DNA of 64,000 nucleotides, from assembly GCA_977017575.1 (NCBI GenBank), contig CDRNVI010000151.1:103657-167656 (forward strand), given 5' to 3'. The notes under the pieces are model-generated. The model was not told where the DNA came from. It was given only the letters and a program-made list of their open reading frames with translations, and did no database searches. Position numbers and translations under genes: made by a program. Shown here piece after piece: positions 24,427 through 37,003 of the stretch (within the stretch, counting starts at the first letter, position 1; each line of letters begins with the position of its first letter). The DNA comes from Paramoeba atlantica. Its lineage: Eukaryota; Protista; Discosea.

Positions 24427-24814
24427 AGGAGTGTTTCTTAAAAGTGGGAGTTAACATGAAAACAACCCCTGCCTTGATTTTTTTTTATCTCTTTTGGAAA
24501 ACTTCTTTTAATAAAAAAAAAAAATTAAAACAAAATACTTAAGGAAAATGATTTTATTATTTTTAAAAATTTGTTTTCTTTTTCAGGAGAGGGGAAATGA
24601 TCAACAACAACACATTTGCGTTTTTTGAACGGCGAGAAAAGTCTTTTCGTTTTCATCTTCTTTTATTCAACAACCTGACCTGTGGGCACAAGAAAAGAGG
24701 CACATTCAGAAAAAGAGGCACTTTTTTGGTTGTTTTTAAAAAACACACAAAACACACACACACAAAAAAAAAAAAGAGAAAAAAATGAAATGATTTAAAT
24801 ATTAACATTTTATT

Positions 24815-26686
24815 TCATTCAACAATTTCCTCAACTCGAGCCTTTTGATGAGTCAAAAAATATTTAAATAGAGGAGTTTCAAAGACTTCTTCGATTTCCA
24901 ACAACTTTTCTAAATACAACTGAAGATCCTCGGATCTCTTTTTCACAAAATCAGGATCCATATTCCCAAAAAATTTCGAGGGAGGGAGATCAGGGAGAGG
25001 AACAGAGGAATGATTTTTTTGGACTTTACCATGAAATTCAGTAAAATCAGAGTAAGTTCGATAGATCTCCCATTGGTGTTTTTTGTGTACAACTTGGATC
25101 GAATAAACAATAAAAGAAAACAAAAAATTCCTCTTCACTTCTTGTTTGAGAATCTTCGCCGCATACGGTTTTGTACTTTTCCCCTTATGAACATTTTTCT
25201 TCTCAAATACCTCCAAATTCTTAAAGTCAAATTTCTTTGGTTTTTTCTTCTTTCGAGATAACTCTTTTCCTCCAATCTCGCTGTCACTCTCACTCTCAGT
25301 ATCACTCGTCTCATCGTCATCTGTGATATTCGCAGTTCCCCGAAGAAGCCTCTCAACTTGATTCATATCTTGGTCTGGATCAGACCAATCAATATTCTTT
25401 AAAGATTCTTTTGGGCAATTCGGATTTTCATCAAGGAGAGAATTATAGCGTCGAACCGACTCTGCAACTCGCTCTAGAGTTGGAACTCGTTTTAATTTTC
25501 CGCCACCACCACCACCGCCATCGCCACTATCATCATCATCACCGCCCGCTGCACTACTACAACTACTACCACGATTACTACTACTACTACCACTCGCAAC
25601 AGATGACAATCTCGATTTGAGATTTGGAATGGAAGATTTTCGATAGTTAAGGATCCATGGGTGAGTGAAAAGTTGCAACGCAGTAGGAGGTTGTGAAACA
25701 TCTGGGAGCGCACGAAAACAAGTTAATAAAAAGTTCTCAAGGTTTGGGCTAATCTTCTCGGGAAGAGGAGGATGGGGTTCTCTGGCCATTTTAAACATTG
25801 CAGCCATTGCCGACATATCGAAATAAGGAGGATACCCTGTCACAAGTTCGATAATCGTACACCCAACAGACCAAATATCACTGGCAGGAGATGCTGGTTT
25901 GAGATGAATGACATCCGGGTCCATCCAAAATGGAGAACCTTGCGCAAGGTCTGTTAATGAGGATGACTCAATATCAACAGAGTGAGTTACACTTTCTTCT
26001 CCTTCTCCTGATTCCACCATAAACGAGAATGTCGCGATCCCAAAATCGGCAAGCTTCAGAACATTCTCCTCTGTGATCAATAAATTGCTCCCTTTGATAT
26101 CACGATGAACAATTCCGCGTGAATGAAGGTAATGAAGCCCAGATAAGACTTGGTCAATGTAACAAGAAGCAAGAGATTCAGGGAAGAAACCGGATCGACT
26201 TAACATATTTGCTAAACTTCCACTATCAACGTACTCCAAAATAATATTCACGTGTGAAGACTGATGGAGAATTCCAATATACTTTACGATGTTCGGATGA
26301 TCCAGATCTTTCAAGATTGCTATTTCTTTCTCTAGTTGTGAGTTGGTCGACTCCATTTTGAGGTGTTTAATGGCGACATGATGACCTGTAAGAGGATCAA
26401 TAGCTTTGTATACAACACCAAATTGTCCTTGACCCAATTTTTCAATCACTTGATAACTTCCAATGGAAAAATCTGGTCCCCTTCGACTCTTTTGAGAATC
26501 TCCAATCCGCCCCGTAGCGTTCAGGTCAATCGCATCTTTCTCGTTCGGAGGAGAATGTCGAATATGTTGACAACCCCCTTGAGATTCGGCTCTCTTTGAT
26601 CGAGTATATTTCAAGAGAGACCTCTCTTTTGAGTTTTCAGATATTTGATGTGTTGGCGAGCGGGGCCTTTTCTGATGAAGAGCCAT
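24815..26686 (-). CDS. Ser/Thr kinase (STE/Cdc15-SepA-like catalytic domain) with C-terminal PX domain, single exon
   Basis: LGQGQFGVVYKA, VAIK, HRDIKGSN, DFG; C-terminal YSIQV..IYRTYSDFTEFH..LPDLPPSKFFG..VKKRSEDLQLYL (PX). Confidence 0.9.
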   Translation of the reverse strand: MALHQKRPRSPTHQISENSKERSLLKYTRSKRAESQGGCQHIRHSPPNEKDAIDLNATGRIGDSQKSRRGPDFSIGSYQVIEKLGQGQFGVVYKAIDPLTGHHVAIKHLKMESTNSQLEKEIAILKDLDHPNIVKYIGILHQSSHVNIILEYVDSGSLANMLSRSGFFPESLASCYIDQVLSGLHYLHSRGIVHRDIKGSNLLITEENVLKLADFGIATFSFMVESGEGEESVTHSVDIESSSLTDLAQGSPFWMDPDVIHLKPASPASDIWSVGCTIIELVTGYPPYFDMSAMAAMFKMAREPHPPLPEKISPNLENFLLTCFRALPDVSQPPTALQLFTHPWILNYRKSSIPNLKSRLSSVASGSSSSNRGSSCSSAAGGDDDDSGDGGGGGGGKLKRVPTLERVAESVRRYNSLLDENPNCPKESLKNIDWSDPDQDMNQVERLLRGTANITDDDETSDTESESDSEIGGKELSRKKKKPKKFDFKNLEVFEKKNVHKGKSTKPYAAKILKQEVKRNFLFSFIVYSIQVVHKKHQWEIYRTYSDFTEFHGKVQKNHSSVPLPDLPPSKFFGNMDPDFVKKRSEDLQLYLEKLLEIEEVFETPLFKYFLTHQKARVEEIVE

Positions 26687-27019
26687 CCATCAGAGAGAAA
26701 GGTCGCAATGCGCTCAAAGAAACACGAGAAAGAAAAGATTTTCTTCTTCTCGTTCCGAACACAAAAAAAATCCGGATGGAGAGGAGGGAAAAAAAAGAAG
26801 ATGAGGAATTTACACAACAAGAATAGGAACAAAAAAAAAAAGGAAGGACAAAAACAAAAAACAAAAGCAAAAAAACAGGGAGATGGGGGGGGGAGGGGGA
26901 AGGTGGTTGGGAGGGGGAAAGGGAGATTTTTTTTGAGAAATTCCACAAAGATTGGTCCACACCTTCGCTGGTTTTGTTTTTGTTTTCTGTTTTTTGTTTG
27001 TTGCAACCCAAAAAATTTC

Positions 27020-27027
27020 TGACGTCA
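27020..27027. promoter_or_regulatory. TGACGTCA palindrome (CRE/bZIP-like) between divergent genes
   Basis: Perfect palindrome between the kinase-PX ATG (26686) and the repeat-protein ATG (27206). Confidence 0.45.
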
Positions 27028-27205
27028 GCGTGACGAATAAAAAGGTGGAGTGGAGTTTTTATTTTTTCTTTTTTGTTGGTTTTTTATGAATCTGAAATAT
27101 AAAAAGGTTTACTGTGAAAAGGCACTCAAATGTAGACAATGTCCTTCGCTTATTATTTTTTCGGTTTTTTTTCTTTCTTTTTTTCGAAAGACAATTTGGA
27201 CAAAG

Positions 27206-27780
27206 ATGGAGCTCCACGCTGCAAATGAAAAATTTGGGGGATTGACGGACGAAGAAAAGTTATTGGTTTAAAGTTTTTTTATATTTTTTTTGACTTTCGT
27301 TTTTTTTTTTGGTGTTGTTGACGACTTAAGGTCAGATTTATGAGAAAAAAATGTCAGACGGACAAACCCTTGACACCTTGCATGCTGCTGTTCATAATGC
27401 AGAAAAAGATCCTTTCATTCACAACTTTTTCGAAAAATTTGAGGGTCTTTCGGAAGAACAAAAACATCAGGTTTAAACCTCTTCTTTTTCTCTTTTGTTC
27501 TTTCTCTCTTTTTTTTCTGGTTTTTCCTCTTCCTAAATCTTTCCATCAGATCTACGAACAAGGGCTTTCCGAGGGACAAATTTTGGATAAAAATCGAGAG
27601 GGACTCAAAGAAGACCAATTTAATGAAAATCACATGGATAAGTTTGCTGGTTTCTCTGATGAACAAAAAGAAAAACTCTATCAGAGAAGAACCTCAGTTG
27701 GCCAGGCGATTGACTCTCTCTCCGTTGACGAACAAAAAAGACTTTCGACACTCTCTCCAAGATCTCCAAGAGATCCCTAG
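27206..27780 (+). CDS. Small orphan protein with three ~28-aa repeats, two introns
   Basis: Spliced product MELHAANEKFGGLTDEEKLL|IYEKKMSDGQTLD...EKFEGLSEEQKHQ|IYEQGLSEGQILD...DKFAGFSDEQKEKLYQRRTSVGQAID...PRDP*. Confidence 0.7.
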
Positions 27781-28035
27781 AGATGAAAATTTCTATGGGA
27801 TTGATTCCTTTGTTCTTGATTTCTTCAATTTGTACAGAATTTTGTTTTTTCTTCAATCCATTCTGAGCCAAGCTTTTCAATTTCCCCCGCTTCTGGAAAA
27901 ATAAAAAGAAAAAAATTCATTTGGCGAAACAACCACACAAAATGACTTTGTGTGGTTTTTTTTTTTGTCATTTTTTTTGTTTTGTTTTTTGTTTTCTTCT
28001 TCATCGCTTTTTCCAAAAGACTGAGTTTGAAGATA

Positions 28036-28631
28036 ATGGCTTCTCATGAGGATCTTCTTGATCAGCTCACTGATGCGATTGAACGCAACCGGGAACAGGC
28101 AGATCAAGAAAGAATTTTCAATTTGATAAAGGAAAAGAAACTTCCTTTCGAAGCAAAATCGATGAGTTACAACCCACTCCACAAAGCTTGTTGGAACAAA
28201 AATGTGCGGATGACAAAATTGCTCCTTTCTCACGGAGCAGATCCTGACATTTTGAACACCAACAAGAAATGTCCTCTGCATTATGCTGCTGAATTTAATG
28301 CAGTACAATGTGCTCAATTGGTTTTAGACAAGGATGCTCAAGTTGATGTGGTTGAAGGAAGAGGGAGAACTCCTTTGTATATTGCCGCAGAATATGAAGG
28401 CAATGATGTTGGTATTTTGTTGTTGGCTTATGGTGCTGATCCTTATTTGAAGTGTTTCCATGCGGGAGGTCCTCTTTTTCTGTAAAAAAAAAAAATCTTT
28501 TTCTTCTGCTTTTTTTTTTCTCACGCTTTATGGTAGGTGAGAGATCACCAGCTGACATCGCCAAAGGTTCATTAAAAGAAGCGATTGACACTGGCCAGTT
28601 TGGTATCAGCGTTAAGCCAGCCAAAAGGTGA
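28036..28631 (+). CDS. Ankyrin-repeat protein
   Basis: NPLHKAC, CPLHYAA, RTPLYIAA repeats with GADP loops; short last exon ends VKPAKR*. Confidence 0.85.
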
Positions 28632-29105
28632 TGAAAACGGAAAGAGAAAAAAGAAACATCCAAATGAGAACCTACATTTGAAAGTAAATCTTCTCCCAGC
28701 TTTTTGCCTTTTCTCAGAAAACACAACAAAGATAATAAGACAAATAAATAAGACAAATAAATAAGACAAATAGTAATGATGAAAAAGATATCAAAACCAG
28801 ATCTTCAGTTTGATTTTTTTTTTTTTGATCTTTGTGAATGATTTCATTCAACACAAAGTTTAAAGTTTCTTCTCTTTTTCTTCTTCTATTTGGTGTTGAT
28901 TTCTTTCAATCCATTCATTTGTTCTTCATGCGAACTCACATGATGAATTTTTTCTTTGGTTTGTTTCTCTTTCTTCCTCACTTCAGTTCGATCTGCAGGT
29001 TGGTGGTGATGAAAACACGCCTCAAGAATACCTTTAATTTTGCTTTCAATTTGGTCATCAAGTTGAGAAATTCCCAAAAGTTGGGTGGCCTCATTTTTAA
29101 ATTCA

Positions 29106-30690
29106 TCATTTTCGGACCGCTGGATAATCGCTGTGGGTGGGACGAAAATAAAAGCTTTTTTGAGAACAAGATTGTTGAGAGAAGATATCCCCCTTGGAAG
29201 GAGGGAGAGGAAGTTCTTCTTTCTTCTCTTTTGGAGAAGAAAGTTCAGTTTCAAACTGATCTGAACCTGATATTGCTCCTGCCATTGAAGAGAAATAATT
29301 CTTTAGCTGTTCATCGAGAACCTGATAGTAAAAGATATCAAAAAAAAAAAGAAAAAAAGAAAAAGGAAAACTGGACGGATTTTCGGAAAGAAAAAAAATT
29401 CCTGACCTTAATTTCGTTGGGAGAATTTAGTTCATCTGAGAAACACCCAAATTCGAGAGATTGTGCCTCAGGACAAGAATCGGAATGAGAGAGAGAGGCC
29501 TCCAATAACTTCTGCATAGCATTAAAAACGCAGCAATTGAGAATTTTCTTTGAAGGAGCAGGTTCAGAAGATAAATAAGATAGTGTTTGTTGCGGGTTAC
29601 GAGATGGGTTCGACAATTGATGGATTTGAAAGACAAGCATGACACTCTTCGAGAGGAGGTATTCCTTTAAAGATGGCCCAAATTTCAATTTTGATTCGAG
29701 AACAATTTTGGACCATGTTTTGTTGGGATCAATACTTTGAATATAAGCACGAAATCGATAGAAAGGATCTTCTGGAAGTCTATTGAAAAAGAGGATATCG
29801 TCTTCGTGATTGACCGAACTAAAATAGACACCACAACTCAACGAATGTGATTCATAAACGAAACTTGAACGACCGCAAATACGAGACGAAAGATCCATTT
29901 TTGTTCTTGGGGGTAGGGAAGGTTGTTGCCTCGAAAGATTAATCTGTAAGATGATATCAAGTTCACTCTGTAATATCTCACAGAAGCCAAGAAACTGAGG
30001 ATAGCTGTTGTGAAAAGGGGATGTGTTGCAAAGCAGGAGCATTTGAAATGATGTACTTGGGAGAGGCGAATCAAAGCTCAATTCATCAACCGTTTTAGAC
30101 ACTCGCGAAATCTCAAAGTCCAGAAAGGAATCAAGGGTCACTTCGGTTTGCACCAAGGTAGACAAACCATCAAAAAAGTGAAACAAAAATTTCGATCGTA
30201 GCCCAAATTTTCGAGTCTGCAGAATTGATTTTCGAACAAGTGTCCCTAAGGGGGTATAATCTAAAAGGGGTGGGGGGGAAGAATATAAAATGAGAATGGA
30301 GAAAGAATAATGAAGTTCCAATTTGAGATTTTTGAAAAAAAGAAGGACAAAGGAAAAAGCGATTTGGATACCAAAAAATTCATCAATTATCTTGTCCCAG
30401 TCATGTTGGAAACCAATTGAAGTCACTAAAAAGTAAATAAAATTCAGAAAAGGAAAGGGTTCGTGAGAAAATGTGGAAAAGAAGAGAGGAAAGAGGGGTC
30501 TGGCAACCTGACACCTCAGAGAGAGTTGCTCGATGGTGAGGCTGATCCCGGGTTTCTTGAATCTGAAAAGAAATTTGAGGTCGTGATTCAATCGATGAAA
30601 GGTTTCGAGAGCGTTCGAGGCAGATAAATTCAGCCCACTGAATGGGAAAAAAAAAGAATCAAAAAGAATCTCAAAAGCAAAGGACCACAC
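29106..30690 (-). CDS. Hypothetical multi-exon protein (5' end probably further upstream, towards 31000)
   Basis: A 450-codon open stretch (29338-30690) plus a spliced last exon VLDEQLKNY...YPAVRK*. No recognisable domain. Confidence 0.45.
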
Positions 30691-31385
30691 ATACGAACAA
30701 CAAGCTTACCTCACAAAGCAAATTTTCGGTTTGAGGGTTCATGCGATGTGCTCTTCTTTCCAAAGGAGTTCTGTTTAAAAAGGAAAAAGAAAAAGCAAAA
30801 ACGAAGGATTTCGACGAAAGGCGAGTTGACCTTCGGTGGAATCGGTGCGAGCGTCAAAAGACGTAAAATCGAGGTCGGTGCGCCATTTCGAAGAAGATTT
30901 TCGAAAAAAAAAAAGAGGATTTCTCTTTTCTTCTTTTGGTTTTCTTTTTCTCAACCTTTCAGAATTAAATCATTCTGAGAAATTTTGTTTGAAGCTTGAG
31001 TCCATTGAGGGGAAAACTTTGAGTCAAATCGATCTGGTTTCACAAATGGAGGGCGATGAAAGTGAAAGGAAAAAAGAGTTGCACGAAACTTTGGTTACCA
31101 ACCGCGAGGAAAAAAAAGACAAGTTCAACATTTCCTTAATGATCTCATGAAGGAGGAGAGAAATTGGAGTTAGGATCTGACAGTCCTGTCAATTAGCAAA
31201 TATGGATCTGTTAGTTTTTTGACAATTTCAGTCCAAAGCCACAAAAACGAAAAACAAAAAACGAAAAAACGAAAAACGAGAGGAAGACACCACTCAGGAC
31301 ACCACCCTTATTTAGATTTTGGAGTGGTATTGAGAGGGACACCCCTTCATTTTTTTTTCGGTTTGGAGTCCAAACAACAAACAGA

Positions 31386-34300
31386 ATGTCTTCAGTCAAA
31401 AGAAGAAAAATTGCAATGTCTGAGGTACGACCGATCGAAGAGCAGCCTTCAGTTGATTCTCAAGAAAGCCCTCTCTCAAAGTCTTGTTCTCTTCCTTCTC
31501 AGAAACCGCAGGTTTTTGTTCAAATTCATGAGAACAGAAAGTAACAGGCACTGACTTTCGTTGAAAATACACCAAAGCCTGGCGCAGTTCCCTGGAGCAG
31601 TAGTCCCCATCTTTCATCTGCAATCTTACAAGCCGCACAACCTTTTTCAGTCCCACCTGGATTCTCGTTGTTTGACACGACACCTGAGAGTCCAGGGCAT
31701 GAAGCTGACTTCTTAGCTCCCACCAATCGTCCTTCAATGAATGAAGAAGCAGATCAAGAAATGCTTGATTCTGAGGGACTCTTACCAAGGTTTGTTGGAA
31801 ATGGATAAACTAATATTTAGATTAGAATATGAAATGTATAAAAATATCTTGATATAGCAAGATTATATTAATCTTTTCAGACTCAGAAACTCACATTTTT
31901 CAAATTTCAAAAGTGAGGTGAATGAAGAGATCCAGCCTTTGTACAAAAAACTATCTTCTTCCCTTGAAACTATTGAAACCAATATCTTAACTGATTTTGA
32001 TTTTGTGAGAAGAAAGTGTGTTTGGAGACACTCAAAGGTGAAAAAAATTCAGAATTTCTTGAATGATTTTTTTTTTGCTTTTTCCTTGAAAGAGGAGGAA
32101 ATATTATCTTTTTGTATTCACAAACCTTTTTTTCTCGAAATATGTAGAGCACTTCAATACCTCCTGCTCCTCGTTTTGGACATACAGTTTCTGTCATCAA
32201 CAACAAATTATTTATGATTGGGGGAGGAGATCATAATCTTTTTAGTGATTTTCTACATGTGTTGAATCTTCGTTCTTTGAGGTGGCATACATTAAGTTGT
32301 GCTGGGCCAGAACCGTGCCCCCGTGCAAATCACTCAGGTTTCCTCCCCCACAATCTTTTTATTTTCTTTATTTTCGAGAAGGGAGGATAATTTTTAAGTG
32401 GAGAAGATTTTCTCTCCTTTTTTTTTATTTTTTATTCTTTCTCTTTTAAAGAAAAAAAACATAAAAATTGAAATTCTCTTTTCTGAATCTTTAGCTGTTA
32501 TAATTGGTGATATTCTTGCAATTTGGGGTGGAACTGGGTATGGAGTTGATAATGCAATTTATTTTTTGGATACATCTTCGAACTCTTGGTATCGTTTTGA
32601 AGGAGAAAACGCTCCACAAGTTCGAGCATCCCATACAATGACTTGTTTGTGTTTAAGTTAATTCATTTTTTTTTTTTTTCTTCTCTCAATTCACTATTTT
32701 TTATATTTTTTTAGATATTGGCAACAAACAGCTCCTTCTCTTTGGAGGAGAAAGAGATGGAGAATTTTGTGAACAAATGTATATTTTTGATTATTCAAAG
32801 ATGGTTTGGTTACCACTGACTCGACCTCAACCATCATCAACCCCTCTTCTCTCTGGACATGCTTCTGTTTTATGGAATGGGGATCTTTATGTTTTTGGTG
32901 GTCAAGGACCCAACCATCAAAGTGAAATTCATCTGTTTTCTCTGAAAAGTCAATCATGGTCTGTTATTTCAGCGTCTTCAAGCTCAAACCAACCAGGTAA
33001 AATTCTTTTTTTTTTCTTTCATTTATTTTTAACAAACTTGATTCTTTTGATGATAGATGGGGGGCTTTGTTCTCATACCTGGACACTAATTTCTAAAAAT
33101 GTTGCTCTGTTATTTGGTGGGTGGGTTACTCCACAATCAACATCAGAAATCACTTCTGAAAAGCGGCCACTAAATATTTCTCAATGTTCAGTGAGCGAAA
33201 AGCAAGTCAATGGTCAAATATTTGCGTTTGATTTTACTAAAAAGTTTGTTGTTCTTTTTTTTTTTAAAAAAAAAAATCCTTTATTTCTTTTTGGCATTTC
33301 TCATCACTCTCCCTTTCTCTTTTTCTCTCTCTCTCTTTTGCTCCCCTCCCTTTTTTTTTTTTTTAGAAATTGGTCCCCTTTGAATTCAGTGGAACCTCTT
33401 CGATTCTCAGGAAATAGTGCGCGTGAAGTTCCTCCTGCACGTTTTGGGCATGCAGTTTCTCTTACGCCTGGTGGTCGGCTCTTATTGTTTGGAGGACGGA
33501 CTTTGAGTTCTTTGTCATCAGGAACGTCTTTATCAAGTTCAAATGATTTGTGGTTTTTACAACTCTCACTTCCTCCCACCCCGCCCCCCATTCAATTCAA
33601 AAAATCAACTGCTACTAAATTAGAGGTTTTCATAAATTTTTTTATTTGATATTTGATATTTATTGAATTGGATTGAATTCTGAATATGGTTTTTCATTTT
33701 CTTATTTTATTCAGCTGTATTGGACTGCACAAGATTGTAGTGTCGACAGTTACCGAGTCGAAAGATCCAAAGATGGTGGAAAATCATGGGACTCTGTCTA
33801 TTTAGGGTCTGCTCATAATTATGTCATTCAAGATCTGGAGGTTTTTTAAAATGAATCAATTTTTTTTTCCCTTTTTTGTTGAAATTAAAAAAAATCTTTC
33901 TTTTCAGCCAAATACAGAGTTTCTTTTTCGATTATCAGCAGCAAATCAACTCGGATTTAGCGACCCAAGTAAAGCTGTTTCGAAATCAACCCCTTCAGGC
34001 AGCCCTCCAGGTAAGATTCTTTTCTCTCTTCAAAGAAGAGATATTTTTTTTTATTTTCTTTTTTTTTTTTTTGTTGAAAATTTTTATTTCAGGTCGAATG
34101 GAACCGATTGTGTTTGGGAGAGTTTTCCAAAGACAGATTTTAGTCCGTTGGGATCCTCCAAAAGACAGTGGGTTTTCTTTTTTTCCATTTCTTTCAATTT
34201 TTTTTTCCAAAAGTTGTTTCCCCACTGAAATAAAATTTCTCTCTCTCTCTCTCTCTCTCTCTCATACACAGTGGACACCAAATTGAGTCTTACACTTTGA

Positions 34301-34769
34301 TGCAATCATCTGATGGAAAAGAGTGGACAGAATGTTACAAAGGAACTGAAACGTCCTTTAAAGCAAGCAACTTGCACGCTGACACAAGATATTGGTTCCG
34401 AGTTGCAGCATCAAACGCGTTTGGAACTGGAAAATGGACACCAATTGCTTCAGTTGTTACCCAACCACCACGATCTCAAAACCCAAAAAAACCCTTGGTT
34501 CATTCTTCTTTTCGACCTTTTTCTTTTTCTTTTTTTTTTTTTTTTTTTTTTTTGATTTTGTATGTGTGATGTCATCAATTGATGGACTTAAAAAATCTGA
34601 TTGTCCTCCTATTTTGTAGGCACCAGGTGAAAGGGATATGTTTCAACAACGGATTACAGAACTCCTTCGTGAGAACGAAGAACTGAAAGAAAAACTCCAC
34701 GAATTGGAAACTGCAAATCGAAGATTAAAGAGCAGCTGCGATTTCCACCATGTTCCAGGCAAATTTTAA
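31386..34769 (+). CDS. Kelch-repeat plus fibronectin type III protein with C-terminal coiled coil, multi-exon
   Basis: PRFGHTVSVINNKLFMIGG, PRANHS, VRASHTM, LSGHASVLWNGDLYVFGG, ARFGHAV..LLLFGG; FN3 LQPNTEFLFRLSAANQLG and LHADTRYWFRVAASNAFG; ends LRENEELKEKLHELE...GKF*. Confidence 0.8.
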
Positions 34770-35917
34770 CGAACTTTGTGTCGTCATCGAAGAGCTCTTC
34801 GATGAGAGGAGAAGAGAAACTATTCTTTGGTTTCTTGATTTCTTTGAACGAAAATTTTGTCTTTTTGTCGAACAAAAAGAGAATGAAAACCATTCGCTGA
34901 AAAAAAAATAATAATTTTCCTCCTCCTTTTTCTTCTTTTTCCTAAAAATGGAATTTTTTATGGTCGTTAAGGTGCTGCCACCTTTTCCCGCGCGGTTGAT
35001 AGAGGGCCGTGAGCAAAACGAGCAGAAAAAAAAAACCTTCTTTGTTTTTTGCTGTCTCACCTTGACTTCCTTCTTCGAGAGATAGTGAATAAATTTCAAA
35101 GATTAAAAGGCAAAAAAGTATTGTGTTTTATTTGTTAACAGTCTTTCTGGTTCATCAAAGCACCACAAACAGAGGGTGATGAAGAGACGAAAAACTAGTT
35201 TTGGTTCTCACGAACTGTTTTCTCAAGAAAAATGGCTAAAAGGGCCTGGAATAGGTTGAGAATGTTTCTGAACGTTCAGGAAAAAGATGGTTTAGTTGTC
35301 CATGAGGGAAAAAAAACACCATCATCCAGCACCCAATCCCCTTTTTTTTTGAATTTTCTTTCTGGTAATCGATTTACCAAAAGAATGAACCGTGTAAGTT
35401 GGTTCACTCAATTTCACATGGTTCACCCTGCTGTCAAGGATTACCGAGTAATCCTCATAAGTATTTTTACTTTCTCATACTGCCGACTCCTCCCAAGTGA
35501 AGATCGGGACGGTGAACGGGTGGGTTGTACTTTCTGTGACATTCCCGAAAAAACTGACAATAATCTCAATAAGATATTTGTCCTCCAACTGGGATTCAAC
35601 AAAAAAGGAAGCAACAGCCCGATTTTCGTTCTGTGAAATTTCACGGAAATTTTGTTGGAAGAACATTTACCCACAATCAGATGCTTTTCGGTTGTCACGT
35701 CTAATATAAAGTCCATATTTAGAATGATGGCTGTTTCACTTTTGAGAATCCCATCATTTGATCGAACGATTTCTGGACATCGAAAAGTGTGACGAGATTT
35801 TTTGTGACGACTGATGACGTGGTAGAGCCCTGTTTTAGACTTAGGGTTACTTTCGACTGTGTTGTTAGTTTTTCCTTTCCCTCTTGTCTTCAGAAGAGTT
35901 TTTTTTTTCAAACCGCG

Positions 35918-36520
35918 ATGAATCTCCAAAGTTTTCCTCCTCTTTCTCTCACCACCTACGTTCAATACCTTGAGCAGAAGCTCTTCGGTTTGATTGGAGA
36001 TGTTGTTGAGACTTCCCCCAGAACCACCCGTTTCCATTCTCCTGAGGCTATCACCCCTGAGAGTTTGACCCGAGCTCTTACCCACCTTGTGAAGTACTCT
36101 CCCTCTACTTCTGAGTGCTTTGTCGTTGGTTTGATCTACCTTGATCGTCTTAAGAGACTCCATGGTGCTGGTTTTGTTAATCCTCACACCATTGGTCAAT
36201 TATTTTTCCTCGCTGTCATGATCGCCTCCAAGTACTACGACGATGTTTGCTTTGACAATGACTCTTACTCTAAGATTTTGATGATCAAGAAACCCAAACT
36301 GATGAAAATGGAGATGGAATTTCTTTTGAAAATTGGCTTTGATTGTTCTTTCTCCTCTGGGGAGTTTGACCGTTATTCTCGAGGCCTTCCAAATGCGACT
36401 AACGTCGTCTCTATTGATACTTATTCTATCTCCAAGAGAGCCTACGATCTTCTTTATGCCTCTGGTGATTCTCAATTTTTCACAAAGAGCTCGAGAAAGT
36501 CTTCTTCGAACCATCATTAA
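35918..36520 (+). CDS. P/U-type (PHO80-like) cyclin, single exon
   Basis: ECFVVGLIYLDRL, FFLAVMIASKYYDDVCFDNDSYSKI and EMEFLLKIGF are typical of this cyclin box. Confidence 0.85.
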   Translation: MNLQSFPPLSLTTYVQYLEQKLFGLIGDVVETSPRTTRFHSPEAITPESLTRALTHLVKYSPSTSECFVVGLIYLDRLKRLHGAGFVNPHTIGQLFFLAVMIASKYYDDVCFDNDSYSKILMIKKPKLMKMEMEFLLKIGFDCSFSSGEFDRYSRGLPNATNVVSIDTYSISKRAYDLLYASGDSQFFTKSSRKSSSNHH

Positions 36521-36792
36521 GTAAGGGCTGGTCTCCCCAAGAAAAATGATTTTGATCTTGGGTTGAGGAAGCCCAAGAGGAAGTCGACTCCCCAACCTTT
36601 TTTTTGTTTTAAAATAAAACGAAACAATTTTATTGAAAAAAAAAGATACATGATTTTTATTTATTTTTTCTCTTCTTATTTTTTCTCTGAACATCACTTT
36701 TTTTGCTTTTGGTGGTTGTCAAACAGGAAAAACCCCAGAATGAAAAAGGGACAAAAGATTCCATAACAATTTCCCGTCACGCGAACAGACGC

Positions 36793-36800
36793 TGACGTCA
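36793..36800. promoter_or_regulatory. TGACGTCA palindrome in a convergent intergenic region
   Basis: Perfect palindrome; on the minus strand it shares the extended context TGACGTCAGCGT with the copy at 27020. Confidence 0.35.
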
Positions 36801-37003
36801 TAAAAAATGAGGTAGTAAATATTATTATCCATTTGAGTGGGAAAACCACAAGAATAATAAAAAATGAAGGGGGTGTTTTTGACTCGGGTTTTTCGGTGAA
36901 AAAATAAATAAAGAAGAGACTTTTCAGTTTTCACATTCTTTTCTCAACTCCTTTTTTTTTTGAAAAAAGGTCGATTTAGTATTTTCAGCCCAACGATTAT
37001 TTA

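Noticed and set aside
35441-36199. 252-aa minus-strand ORF overlapping the cyclin
   Set aside because: Its 5' half is the antisense of the cyclin CDS and it has no recognisable domain. The non-overlapping part is kept as a low-interest finding.
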